Positions 49,189 to 61,730 of a DNA stretch of 64,000 nt are shown here, in pieces. A program made the translations under genes and the position numbers. Under the pieces are notes generated by a model. It saw only the letters and a list, made by a program, of their open reading frames with translations. It did not search any database and was not told the DNA's origin. The number at the start of each line of letters is the position of its first letter. The stretch's first letter is position 1. The DNA comes from Euprymna scolopes (taxonomy: Eukaryota). The stretch lies in assembly GCA_053919585.1 (NCBI GenBank), contig CM132805.1, one strand, 5' to 3'.

Positions 49189-51363
49189 ATGGAAATACTG
49201 AAGCTGGGCCTCAAATTCTGCCCCACCCCTAAAAGCAATATAGCAGAACTAAAAAAGGACCTTAAAGAATTCGAACGGAAATTTAGACTAATAGAAACAC
49301 TAGATAACAAAGGGGACAAAGATGATTCTTTAGTAAAAAACAAATCAACATATTTCCCTAATAAACAGAACAACACAAAAGAACTAAACAGCTACTTCGA
49401 AAATCTCTGGAACCTTAACCTCCAAAAAAAACACAAAACCACAAGCAACCTCACACATAAGCAAAAACAAGCACTCGAAAAGATCCGTAATAATAATGAC
49501 ATAATAATAAAAGAAGCAGACAAAGGCAGTGCCGTAGTAATCATGGACAGAACGTATTATGAAACAAAAATTACAGAATTACTGGATGACAATCACTACT
49601 ATAAACCCATTAGTACCAACATAGATAACACCACCATCTCAAAAATCACAAAACTCTGTACAACACACAACAAAATATTAAAAAAGAAAGAAAAGGACTT
49701 CCTCACAAATTTCATTACAAAGACCAACAACTTCTACGGACTGCCTAAAATACACAAATCTGACACAATAAAACTTGCCATCGACACACAAAACTCAGAA
49801 TATATTAGCGCTCCAAACCCTAGCGACCTTACATTTAGACCCATTGTAGCAGGACCAGCATGTCCGACAAGCAGACTTAGCAACTTAATAGACATCTTAT
49901 TACAACCTTTCACAGATCAAGTTAAGAGCTACATAAGGGACGACATCCATTTTCTCACTACCTTACCACATACAGTAGAAAACGGGACACTATTAGTTAC
50001 ATCTGACGTTAGTAGTTTATATAGTAATATACCCCATGAATTAGGAAAAGAAGCAATACTATTTTGGATCAACAGACACGCACAAACACTACATCCCAGA
50101 TTCACAAAGCAATTCATTATCGATAGTATAGACATAATTCTAAATAATAATTCCTTCGAATTCAACAATACCAACTACATCCAAACACTAGGTACAGCAA
50201 TGGGAACGAAAATGGCACCGACTTACGCAACCCTTACATTAGCCTACCTAGAAGAAACCCTATATAAAAAAATAGAACAAAAATTTGGCCACAGCACTAA
50301 AATACTGTTTGTAGAATCATGGAAAAGGTACTTAGATGACTGCTTCATCCTATGGAAACCCACATGGGGGGACATCACAGACTTACACACCATACTCCAG
50401 AACCTACACCCAAAAATTAAATTCACCATAGAACAAAGCTCTACAGAATTACCTTTCCTAGACATACTGATAAAGATTAAAGACAATAACATTATCACAG
50501 ACATTTACCACAAACCTACAGACACCCAACAATACCTACACTTTAAAAGTCACCACCCTAAAAGCTGCATAAAATCAATTCCCTACACCCTAGCACGTAG
50601 AATCTGCACCATAATCACGGACAATAACCTTCGAAAAATCCGACTCAAGGAACTACGAATAAATTTAAGAAAAAGAAAATACCCATCACAATTTATAGAC
50701 AAAGGGATCCAACTTGCGACAAATATACCAGTAGAAGATTTGAGAACCCCTAAAGAACGAAACAAAGAACAAATCCTAACATACGTCTCCACACACAACA
50801 CAAACAACCCTGAACTTTTCACAGAGATAACGAAAAACCTCGTCCTACTTAACCAAAACAGCAAACTAAACAATTTCCTTAAAACAACAAAAATAATAAA
50901 AAGCAAACGCCAACCCAAAAACCTAAAACGCATTCTTACCTCATCCAAACTCAATCAAGACGCAACAAAAGGAGTCACAAAATGCAACAAACAACGATGT
51001 GGAGTCTGCAATATAATATTAGAGGGAAACACATACACATTTGCGAACCCCATACAAACATTCAAAATTAAAAAAAACCTAGATTGCACCTCAAAAAACG
51101 TAATCTATGTAATAAAATGTCCAGCATGCGATAAATCCTACATAGGCGCTACAAAAAACCTTAGTAATAGAGTAGCCCTACACCGATCCAACATCAAAAT
51201 CGCGGAAAATAGACACCTACATGTATCACAACATATACACGCATGCAGTGGAGGCAGATTCGAGATAATGCCCATCTTCCAAACTGACAACTACTTCTAC
51301 TTGCTAACTCAAGAAAAAAATTTCATAACAAAGTTTAACCCCGCCTTAAACGTCTCTCCATAA
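49189..51363 (+). CDS. Penelope-like reverse transcriptase plus GIY-YIG endonuclease (frame open from 48964)
   Basis: INLS..LGLKFCPTP, ADKG, LPKIHK, RPIV, GTAMG, RYLDD, FLD, CxxxRCxxC linker, and VIY-CxxC-YIG...R..H. Confidence 0.95.
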   Translation: MEILKLGLKFCPTPKSNIAELKKDLKEFERKFRLIETLDNKGDKDDSLVKNKSTYFPNKQNNTKELNSYFENLWNLNLQKKHKTTSNLTHKQKQALEKIRNNNDIIIKEADKGSAVVIMDRTYYETKITELLDDNHYYKPISTNIDNTTISKITKLCTTHNKILKKKEKDFLTNFITKTNNFYGLPKIHKSDTIKLAIDTQNSEYISAPNPSDLTFRPIVAGPACPTSRLSNLIDILLQPFTDQVKSYIRDDIHFLTTLPHTVENGTLLVTSDVSSLYSNIPHELGKEAILFWINRHAQTLHPRFTKQFIIDSIDIILNNNSFEFNNTNYIQTLGTAMGTKMAPTYATLTLAYLEETLYKKIEQKFGHSTKILFVESWKRYLDDCFILWKPTWGDITDLHTILQNLHPKIKFTIEQSSTELPFLDILIKIKDNNIITDIYHKPTDTQQYLHFKSHHPKSCIKSIPYTLARRICTIITDNNLRKIRLKELRINLRKRKYPSQFIDKGIQLATNIPVEDLRTPKERNKEQILTYVSTHNTNNPELFTEITKNLVLLNQNSKLNNFLKTTKIIKSKRQPKNLKRILTSSKLNQDATKGVTKCNKQRCGVCNIILEGNTYTFANPIQTFKIKKNLDCTSKNVIYVIKCPACDKSYIGATKNLSNRVALHRSNIKIAENRHLHVSQHIHACSGGRFEIMPIFQTDNYFYLLTQEKNFITKFNPALNVSP

Positions 51364-51549
51364 TTATACACATAAATAGGCAAAACACAAAATACACTTA
51401 CACGCATGCATGCTTGGGTAGGTGTGCACCCTCACACACGAAACAACAAAAAAGCACAATAAGGCACACGCACACTTTCGCGGGTGCGCGCGCCCATACC
51501 CAGTACAGTACCATTTCTCTTAACTAAACAAACAACTAGAAATTAAACG

Positions 51550-52470
51550 TATGTATGTGTGTGTGCGCGCGTGTGTGCGTGTGTATATGTGTATGTGCGT
51601 GGGTGTACACATATGATTGTGTATGCGTGTGTGTATAATTATATATCATCTGTTATCTATGCTACATCTTGTTTGTATGTATACGTGCACTTATGTTTGG
51701 GTGACCGAACCCATGTATGCACATGTGCATGGATTGGAAAGGAAACTTCAACCAATATATACATAAGGTGGGATGTATGAATATGTATGTGTGTGTGGGA
51801 TTGTGAGTGCATGTGCCCATATATATATATATATATATGGGTGGATGAGTGTATACACATCCGTATGTATGTGTGTGTATGTATATATACATATGTATGC
51901 ACATGTATGAGTGGGTAAATGTGTTCGTGTGAATATGGATATACGCGTATGTGTGAGCCCCTGCATATGTCTGTGTGTGTGCATGTGTGTGTGTATGTGT
52001 ATGTGCCTACATAGTATGTGGATGTTTGTGAGTGTATGTGCACATACATATATGTGTGTACATATATGTGTGTATGTGCGTGTATGTGTGTGTATATATA
52101 TCTTCTACCTATTATTCTCCATCTTACTTGTGTGTGTGTGTGGGTGCGTGTACATATGTCTGAATGATTAAGCGCATATATACATGCGTGTTTTGGTAGG
52201 AAAAAAAAAAAAAAAAAAAGTGTATATATATATATATATATATATAAAATAAAAAATAAAAAAATAAAAATAATTGTTAGCGGTGGATGTATGCGAGTAC
52301 GTGTGTGAGTGTGTAGGTGGGTATGTATATGTGTATATATGTATGCTCCTACATATATTTCTATGTATGTACGTGTATGTATGTGTGTGTGCCTGTGTGC
52401 GTGTGCATGTGTACATGTACATGAATATATATGTATGCGTATGGGATTGTGTGTGAGTGTATGCTATACA
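51550..52470. repeat. Degenerate (TG/TA)n low-complexity tract inside the PLE 3' region
   Basis: Lies between the ORF stop and the 3' pLTR. Confidence 0.9.
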
Positions 52471-52699
52471 TGGGGAAAGAAAGTCTTTAAAAAAGAACCC
52501 TAAAGAAGCCATAAAAACCTTCACCATATGGACTAAAAAACACTCTTTGAAACTAACTTTGACCGGTCACAGTGAAACACTTACAATTGGAGACAGAACG
52601 TCTAAACACTGAACACACGCATCGCACCACTATGAAAAACATATTTAATATCAGCGGAGGCATATCCACAAACTCCCATTTTAAAGAAAAACCTTTTAC

Positions 52700-52756
52700 G
52701 AAAATATCTGAAGAGAGCACACCCTAAGCTCGAAACGCGTTATAAAAATATTTTAA
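52700..52756 (+). ncRNA. Minimal hammerhead ribozyme in the PLE pLTR
   Basis: tat-CTGAAGA-gagc(acaccctaa)gctc-GAAA-cgcg-TT-ata: intact core, 4-bp stem II, palindromic ACGCGT stem III. Confidence 0.85.
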
Positions 52757-52817
52757 AATAAAAATATGATGAAAACCTTTTAAAAAAAACCCACAATTGT
52801 TGATGGCTACACTCTTT

Positions 52818-52860
<43 letters not shown>

Positions 52861-52876
52861 ACAGATAGACAGATAT

Positions 52877-52907
<31 letters not shown>

Positions 52908-54018
52908 TATATGTAAGGTGCTGTATATAAAGTGTGTTGGGTATATGATGAGTTGTGTATATATAGTGAAGTTTCTTCGTGCCATCTAGTGTTCAAAAAT
53001 TCTTGTGGATACGGATAAAACAAAGGGGACGGAACACAGTTCTGGGTATCTTGCCTATAAAGAAATCATACTTTTGTTCATCCGAATCTTGATTAACGAA
53101 TCTACTAAAAGTTGAAATGAACATTTCTTCCAAAGAAACAACTAGGAGTTTTCGGTTATATTTTAGACAGCTTTTATTTCAATGTTTACTTGTTTGGTAA
53201 GATTGCACGCTTGTCTGTTCTACTCCCATTGCGCACAGGCCCAAAGGTCTGTCATTAGGGACTCAACTGTCCCACAGGTTTGGACTGTCTCTCCTCGACT
53301 TCTCGTCTGGACTTTTTCTGACTCTGTAACTAACGCATATATATCTAAACTAACAGATCCCATTACGTCATTTACTTCCATAAACGGACATGTGACTTCT
53401 AAACACGTTTATCGATACCTGGTTTAGTAACGTTTAATAATGCCATGCTTAGTCTGCTGTTTGGAAACCTACATTCCCGTCAAGGCGAAATTCCAGGATC
53501 TCTTTGTTCTATTCTGCTTCATACATTCCATTTTTTTAATAACAAATATTTCTTTGTGACACAAATAATTTTACAATTAAACTTTTAATATACCTCGTCT
53601 ATTTATACATCGACTCTTAGCAAGGTTACCTGGCGTTGCTCTAGCATAACATAACACTTCAACCTAAAGAAAATATCACTTACAATTGAATGTTACCAAG
53701 TACTTTATCGTCATGCCACAATTCTAGTATGAATTTTGGAAGCCTTAAGTTAAAATTCAATTGTGACACCCTTCTAAAAGTTGAACGTTCAATCCACAGT
53801 GTGGGGCGATATTCAGAATAAAATTGTTAATTATTTAGGACTTCTATCTGATCATGGATTGAATAAAAGATTCCATTGGAAATTCTGTACAAATTCTGTA
53901 CAAATTTCCAAGTTCCATAAGAAGCTCGGTGGTTACATCAGCCAAACTTTGTGAAAATAACACTTAAGATAAGAATCATAATCTGAATAATCCAAATACG
54001 AAATACGAATTATCCACC

Positions 54019-54077
54019 CTTCTTCTTCTTCTTCTTCTTCTTCTTCTTCTTCTTCTTCTTCTTCTTCTTCTTCTTCT
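54019..54077. repeat. (CTT)n microsatellite
   Basis: Direct inspection. Confidence 0.95.
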
Positions 54078-54084
54078 TCTCATT

Positions 54085-56100
54085 TGTCGTCATCATCGTC
54101 ATCATCATTGTTTAATTGTTTTACATCCATTTCCATACTAGCATGTGTTGAACGGTTTTGTCTGATAGGGTTTTTCCAGGCCTCTTTGTATTGTGCAAGG
54201 TCTGTTCGTAATTTCAGCTTCATAAAGTCATCCTTAACTGACTCCATGTCTTACATAATCGACCCATCCCTCTAAATCCATCAGTTTTAATAAAGTTTCA
54301 TCTGGATTTGTATTATCCATCCTCCCAACATGTTTATACCGCCTCAAGATTCGAGCATGTTCCACACTTAAAATCTGCCACAACATTCAACCTTCCATTC
54401 ACACCTCTAAAGTGCTTGTGTAATATAAAGTTTTCACCAATACTCTTATAGCAAACTCCACATGGGTGCTTTCCTCATGTAAATGTTGGACTCTGACTAA
54501 CAGTACTGATCATCACCTTAGTCTTTGCCAAATTTGCTCCCCATTGCATTCTTCCATGCACCATATCTAGCACCTAATTTTACCATGCACCATATCTAAC
54601 ACCTAATTTTACCATGTACCATATCTAACACCTAATTTTACCATGTACCATATCTAACACCTAATTTTACCATGTACCATATCTAACACCTAATTTTACC
54701 ATGTACCATATCTAACACCTAATTTTACCATGTACCATATCTAACACCTAATTTTACCATGTACCATATCTAACACCTAATTTTACCATGTACCATATCT
54801 AACACCTAATTTTACCATGTACCATATCTAACACCTAATTTTACCATGTACCATATCTAACACCTAATTTTACCATGCACCATATCTAACACCTAATTTT
54901 ACCATGTACCATATCTAACACCTAATTTTACCATGTACCATATCTAACACCTAATTTTACCATGTACCATATCTAACACCTAATTTTACCATGTACCATA
55001 TCTAACACCTAATTTTACCATGTACCATATCTAACACCTAATTTTACCATGCACCATATCTAACACCTAATTTTACCATGTACCATATCTAACACCTAAT
55101 TTTACCATGTACCATATCTAACACCTAATTTTACCATGCACCATATCTAACACCTAATTTTACCATGTACCATATCTAACACCTAATTTTACCATGTACC
55201 ATATCTAACACCTAATTTTACCATGTACCATATCTAACACCTAATTTTACCATGTACCATATCTAACACCTAATTTTACCATGTACCATATCTAACACCT
55301 AATTTTACCATGTACCATATCTAACACCTAATTTTACCATGCACCATATCTAACACCTAATTTTACCATGTACCATATCTAACACCTAATTTTCTAAGTC
55401 ACTGCATTTATTACTAAATCATCAGCATACAACATCTTCCACAGTAAATCATTTCTGCATTCTTTGGAAAGTACTTCCAGAACAATGATGAACACCAAAG
55501 GGCTCAAACTTCTCACCTATAGTATTGTTCATTCTTATTGTGCTATTACTATCCCTATACATAACCATAACTGTCCTTGTTAGACAATCATCAACGCCAT
55601 TTTCATAACACACTTAATTATTTCCTTTTCCGGTCAAATCCCTTTTTTTGATCAACAAAGGCAAAGTAAAGCCTTTCTTCTTTTCAAAATGTCGTTCGTA
55701 CAATTGGCATGCTATAAATATAGCATCCATAGTTCCTTTACCATTCCACTATCAAGTTACTCTATAACTGGATGGGCCCTTCGTCCATCCATATGTAGCG
55801 TCTGAAGATGCCAGCCGGTTCTGCTTTAGTGATTTCCAAAGACCTCAACTCCAACCTCCCTATCATCGTGGGTACTGTTTTTAAACTGATCTTTAAAATC
55901 TACTCCAGTTGCATTCTTCTTCATCTTCCAATTTGTTTTTCTCTATAAATGTTTTCTTTTTAACTTCTTTGATGAAAGCTACATCTAAGACAAATATCTG
56001 ATGTTGTTGCACAACCTCCTCACCTGGAATTACCTTAAAATCCCTCACTATTTTCTTATTACTATCTATTACCATAATATAATCAATCTTCATCTCCAAA
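54085..56100 (-). mobile_element. Degenerate RTE-clade LINE
   Basis: (GAT)n tail; WKMLYADDLV at ~55415-55442; IDYIMV...KVIPGEEVVQQH endonuclease remnant. Confidence 0.85.
54555..55393. repeat. 29-bp minisatellite, ~29 units
   Basis: catg(t/c)accatatctaacacctaattttac repeated. Confidence 0.97.
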
Positions 56101-56984
56101 ATTTAGAAACAACTGTAAAAACGGTTGATGGAAAATAGTGTAATATTGTGACATTGCGCATAGATAGAGAGCCAGTCAAACACATCTGTTAACTTTGAAG
56201 CCCAGCTAACGAAGAGGAAAATCCTCATAAATTTTGCACAATATTTAGAATAAGTTCTTCTTTAGTTAAAAAAATAGGATAGTGGATTCTCTCGTTCAGT
56301 ATAATTCAAGGGAGATGAGTTGGATACGGTTTAAGAGAGATAACACTTAAACATTCTGAGCAAACAGTTTATATTATATGTGATATTCGACTAATTTTCT
56401 TGATTTCAATTAACAGCTATGTTAAATTCTAGGTTTGAAATGTACATCTTTTTATAGCTTAAATTCTCAATTTAGAGAAATTGGATATATCATGCTTAGC
56501 ATTCAAAGTCTTTGATTCTTCTGTAAATCAGGTCCTAATGTGTCTGAAGATCTCTAACCTATTTTCTTTTTCGAACAGATATTCTTTGTTTTTATCATTT
56601 TCTTATTTAGATGATAGCATGATGCAATATGCGAGAAGCTAGAAAAATCATACAGACAAAAAAAGGATAAAAAATGTCACAATTGTCCTAATGACCAGAC
56701 TGTTTTTTTTTATCAGATTCTTTTTCCAAAAGATAAAATACAACAATGGCCTCTTTTAATGTCAACGTACACTTGGGAAAGCAGAAAAGAATTGCAAGAA
56801 ATGGTAAAAAGAAACGCCAACATTCTAAAGAACATATCCAAGAGAGAAAAATAGAAAAATTCTGCTGCTACAACCATTTCTTAGTGACCTTAGAATTATC
56901 TACTTTTAGAGAGGTTTTCACCTGCTGGTGATGCACTTCTATTGAAGTTAGTAATCATAATAGATTAACAATATTGCAGTTTGA

Positions 56985-57033
<49 letters not shown>
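56985..57033. repeat. (GAT)n microsatellite
   Basis: Direct inspection. Confidence 0.95.
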
Positions 57034-57811
57034 CAGGTTAGACATGATAATCGTCAACAAATATAGACTTCACCGACCCTGCAGATCAGATTTTGGTTAA
57101 TAACTTTCTCAGCTAAAACTTTCAATTAAATTAACTTGTAAAAAAAATCAGTTATCATCTGCTTCTTGCTAACAAATAAAAAAGAAATTATACTAATATG
57201 ACAACTTTATCGAGTTTGAATGAATTACATTCTTTATTTTACTGCAAACTTATTGGCAGTGTTATGGTCATGGTAAAAGAGGGAAAGCACAGGTATTATA
57301 TAGATATATACTCACACATATTTGCGTATACATTAAATGTATGCATGCCTATTGGAATCTCAGTTAATTTTCCTTTCCATCTTTTGTCTCTTTTTCAATA
57401 TGTTTTTCTGTTTGTAGATATCGGGGATTCGCAAAATACATAAAATGATTGTCTCTTTCTATCCCTGTCCTTTCAATCATTGACGAATATCTGAACCCGT
57501 CAGATGGATAACGGTCTTTTCTGAATTAGTCATGGAAAACATCTATCATCTTATCTCCCCCTTTCTTCCTTTCTCTCAAGACAGCTTAAGCATTTTCGAT
57601 TCCATCTCCGAATGCCTGCTATCCATATTTTATCTATCGAAGAACAGGAAGATTGAAATGAAAGGGAGGAAATGAAAAAAAAAATGCCATAGCGCAAGAA
57701 AAAGTAAGTACGTTAAGAAACGCCACGACATGAAATAATAGATGTGTTGAGGCGAATCAATAGAACAAGATTTTGCTGACTTACGGTAAGTGTTTGTATG
57801 TCTTTCTACGT

Positions 57812-57899
<88 letters not shown>

Positions 57900-58284
57900 T
57901 AGAAGAAGAAATGTCCTAGGACAGGTAAAATTAATTTCCCAAACAGAATCGTTTTGTAGCACTTTCGTGTCCTCTTACACCCATAAAAATCAAGATACAA
58001 TGATACTAAACCTGATGTTTTGAATCCTTATTCCAATTTAGATCAAAATCCTATACATGATTTTGATTCTAGACAATGTCTCAAATTTCAAACTTAAGCT
58101 AAAGATGTCTTAAGAAGTAGTTGAGATTCGGGAAATCTTGCTTAATTAGCATCTAATGGTTATAGACCAAATTTAATGCAAATCAGATATATATGAAATT
58201 TCAAATGGTAAGTTGTTTCCACTGGATACTCATCCCCTACCTGCCATCTAGTAGAATTTTATAAAACAGCTGAAAAAAGAAGCA

Positions 58285-58400
58285 TTGAGGCTGATATCAC
58301 ATGAATCACATGGGCCGAACTTAAAAAGACCAGCCAGAACCGAGTCTGTTGGAGGAGCATCGTTGCAGCCCTATGTTTCCCAAGGAATCAAGAGGTCAAA
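58285..58400 (+). mobile_element. RTE-type LINE 3' fragment
   Basis: TWAELKKTSQNRVCWRSIVAALC. Confidence 0.6.
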
Positions 58401-58689
58401 TTAAACTAAATTGTTTCCACATTATTTCCCCTAAAATTATTGAAAAATTTCCAATGAAACTGATTATTTATTAATTGATGTCTAATTTCAATTGACAGCC
58501 GAGTCATCTTCTGTCTCTAGTGTTATTAGATCAAACTGTCTGAAGATTTTCCAGACCTAAAATACACCAAATATTGATGTTATTTTTTTGTTTTTTCTTT
58601 GCAAAACACAATTATGTTCTGCAAAGTAAAAAAAAACAATTTTCCTCTACAAAACCCAACCAACCAAACATCGTGCATAAATATTTAAA

Positions 58690-58900
58690 AATAATCATCA
58701 TCATCATACAGTCCGTCAGTCTTGAAAATGACCAGTCGGAGCCTCGGTGTTTTATCCCTCAGTGTTAAGTAGTCCTCTTTCTGTGTTAAACGTCCAATCA
58801 CAGGTACAGCATATGTGGGTGCCAGGGTTGTGTCGTTGATAGAGTGTCAGCTCTTAGGCTTCTCCAATCTTTCTCTCTATTTCTTCCTTCCCTTTGTGGA
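58690..58900 (-). mobile_element. RTE-type LINE 3' fragment
   Basis: (GAT)n tail and a decayed C-terminal zinc-finger-like region. Confidence 0.45.
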
Positions 58901-59139
58901 AACTGTTTCGCCAGCTACTCTTTTCTTTGGCTTGTTCCTCCTAACTCTCGACGTTGTTTGAAGATATAAAATACTTGAAGCATAAAAACATTTTTCCAAA
59001 ATTACTCTATTTGCCATTAAATAACCATAAAAGGGTTGATATGCAGTAAAAGAAAGCACCCAACCATGTCAGTAGGCATAGATTAAACTATGACAAATTC
59101 AAAGCTAGTACTGTATTTTGATTTATTTCTAAATAGTTA

Positions 59140-61593
59140 CAGGGTAGAACGATAAAAGTGTCACCCTAAAGAAAACCATACTACAGCTTTATTAAAAACT
59201 TTTATTGAAAAAAATTAATTCAAGTAACTTGATTATGTATTAGAGCTGATATCTATTCAATGTAGCCGCCTTCAGTCTCAATCATCGCCTTGATAGATAT
59301 CTGAAACTGGGAGCATGCTTTTTCGACAAGCGCCAGCAAGAGCTCAGCGAATACTCGGCAGATGGCGGCGATTAAGCTGATTTTGGTGTAGTAGGAGGTC
59401 ATGTTGGTAATGTTCTCCATATTATGATATAAATGAAGGAGTCGAGAGGGTTCAGGTTGGGGAAGGAGGGGACCAGCGAGCAAAAGGTACAAAGTTGTAG
59501 CACTCCTTCTGAAGCGAAGCCTGTGTCTATTTGGACTTGTGGGCTGGTGCCAAGCCCTGCTGCCACACTCAGGCCACTTGATTGCACTAGAAAATCACCA
59601 CACTCTTCAGCACATCCAGATACACTATGGTGTTTAATTGCAAGCCGATTTTCCTTTTTTGTTTTTTTTACATAGGAGTCACCACTTATCAAGACCCGGA
59701 GGCCACTCGAGGATAAGGGTTAATGAGTGTACAGTAGTCAATGGGATAATATCGTTTGGTAAATTGGATTACTTAAGAGGACGGTTCATCAAGAATTTGT
59801 TTATGTTGGACTTGAAGGTGTCCAAATTGTAGTCAGCTGGAAAGCAGGCAAATGGAACAGAGTTCCACAGACATGCAGTTCTAAGAAAGAAGCATTGTTC
59901 ATGGAATCTACGTTTAGGTTTAGGCACAGATAAAGAGTGGTGAAATTATTGTTAGTAGTTTCAGCTAGACGAGTGTTTTTCATAAAAGTTTGGCGGGAGG
60001 GGATTATAGATTGAAGCTCAGACGAGCACTTGCCATGAAAATAACAATAAAGCAAAGAAAGGCTCGCAACGTCTTTTCTGTGGGAAAAGGTTGCAGAGAA
60101 GAGAAAAAGGCATCCCCTACTAGGTTATGACGTCTATTTTGAACTCTGTCAAGGCAGAATAAACCTTTCTAGCAGCTCCTGCTCAGATGTGGCAACAGTA
60201 CTTCATCCTTAGACGTACCTGGCTTTTATATAGATAAAGAATTGTATCAAAAGTGAGATATTTAATGCAGCAGTAGAAGGATCCCATTTTTCCCGTGACT
60301 TTGGCAACAGATTTGATATACGTCTTCCATTTCAGATCAGTAGTAAAGGTCAAACACAGAAGCTTATCAAAACATGGAGACTCCTTAAGATGAGAGCCAT
60401 TTATTTCAATTGATGCCAGGTGAGGATCAGAGCATTGATGATGTAAAGATAGAAGCTTGGTTTTACATGCATTAAAAGTAACCAGCCACCTATTTCCCCA
60501 TTTTACCATGTGCTCAAGACCAGAGCAGAGAGAAGTTGGTCATGGTATTGATGTTAGCATAAATATCTACGAATTATCTTCGGATGTGATTTGGAAGATC
60601 ATTGATGAATATTAGAAAGAGAGTTGGGCCCAGGATGGACCCCTGAGGGACTCCAGCATTAATACTGTGAGCTTTTGATTTTTGCCCATCAACCACTACT
60701 TTTATGAGCCTATGTGAGAGAAATGATTTAATAATTTGAGAAGACATTTCCAGTTATACCGTAGCTGGAGATCCTTTATGCTATACCCTATCAAAGGCCT
60801 TTGATATGTCAAGAGCAATTGCTCTAGAAAGGAACCCTCCACCGAGAAATTCGCTAATCCTATGAGATATAACCGTTAGCACATCTACCATAGATCTAGC
60901 AGAACAGAAACTATATTGTATGTCACTAAAAAGGTTATTTTTGCTAAGGTGGTTGACTATTTCTCTATTTAACACAGATTCCAGTAACATATTCATGATG
61001 CACAGGAGACTTATTGGTCTGTATTGAGAGGAAGATGACCAAACACCTGAATTCTTAAATACAGGACATACTGATGAGGTTTTCCACGGTGTTAGGAAGC
61101 ATTACTTCTTATGACAACACTTAAACAGCTTTGTAAATACGGGAGTTAGTTCTGGTTGAAGCTTTTTCAACACTATAATTGGAATGCCGTCAGGGCCAGT
61201 TGCTTTACTGGTATCAAGGTTTTTGTTAGATGGTGTGAAGATGTGAATTGGCATGATGTGGCCCTCACTTGAAAGATTTTAACCAGAGCCGTAAACTTTG
61301 CTTTCATCACCCTGAGCGTGTACCTGTTACTTGTGATAATCCAGCGATTCATTTTGAGTGTTAGCAATGGTTCTGTTGTCATAACTTGGATTAGTAGAGA
61401 GCATTAGTTGCATCTCCAAACTCGCTCGTTGAACATTGTGTCATTTTCAGACATGATAGAAGGTTCTATCGCTCTTGGGATTTGTACACAACTGGTCAAT
61501 TGGTCTGCAACAAAACAAGAAAACCGGTTTTCATCAAATAGAAATGGAATCATGTCGTCTTTTCTAGCATGACAATTTTACCATTCCACCCTA
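59140..61593 (-). mobile_element. maT-like Tc1/mariner copy 2, interrupted by a LINE
   Basis: Same TIRs and internal sequence as 37527-38425; NLNPLDS and EGGYIE motifs. Confidence 0.85.
59655..61227 (-). mobile_element. Older 5'-truncated copy of the 1623-4245 LINE family nested in maT
   Basis: Colinear similarity to 1623-3275 with stops and frameshifts; poly(A) remnant at 59655. Confidence 0.92.
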
Positions 61594-61627
61594 TAGATAT
61601 AAACAAAGATAATCACACCTTTGAATG

Positions 61628-61730
61628 TATGCAGCGCCTGGTATTCCCAAATGGTCACTCATATTAGAACTGACCAAGCTCAAGGTCTTTTAACTTCAGT
61701 GATCTAGTGTATCACCTAGATTATGTTGTA
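61628..61730 (-). pseudogene. 5S rRNA-derived copy
   Basis: gcagcgcctggtattcccaaatggtcactcat...actgaccaagctcaagg...ttaacttcagtgatc resembles the 5S reverse complement. Confidence 0.75.

Larger units (their letters stand above)
48491..52825 (+). mobile_element. Young Penelope-like element with an inverted 5' pseudo-LTR
   Basis: 48491-48844 and 52472-52825 form a ~354 bp inverted repeat in which I saw one mismatch; an intact RT-GIY-YIG ORF lies between them. Confidence 0.95.

Noticed and set aside
51364-51550. SECIS element / selenoprotein-type PLE
   Set aside because: The ORF has no in-frame TGA and I see no convincing SECIS hairpin.
51559-52527. Numerous ORFs rich in Y/I/C/V/H/T
   Set aside because: These are translations of dinucleotide low-complexity DNA. 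The same applies to the YIYI ORFs and N-gap ORFs elsewhere.
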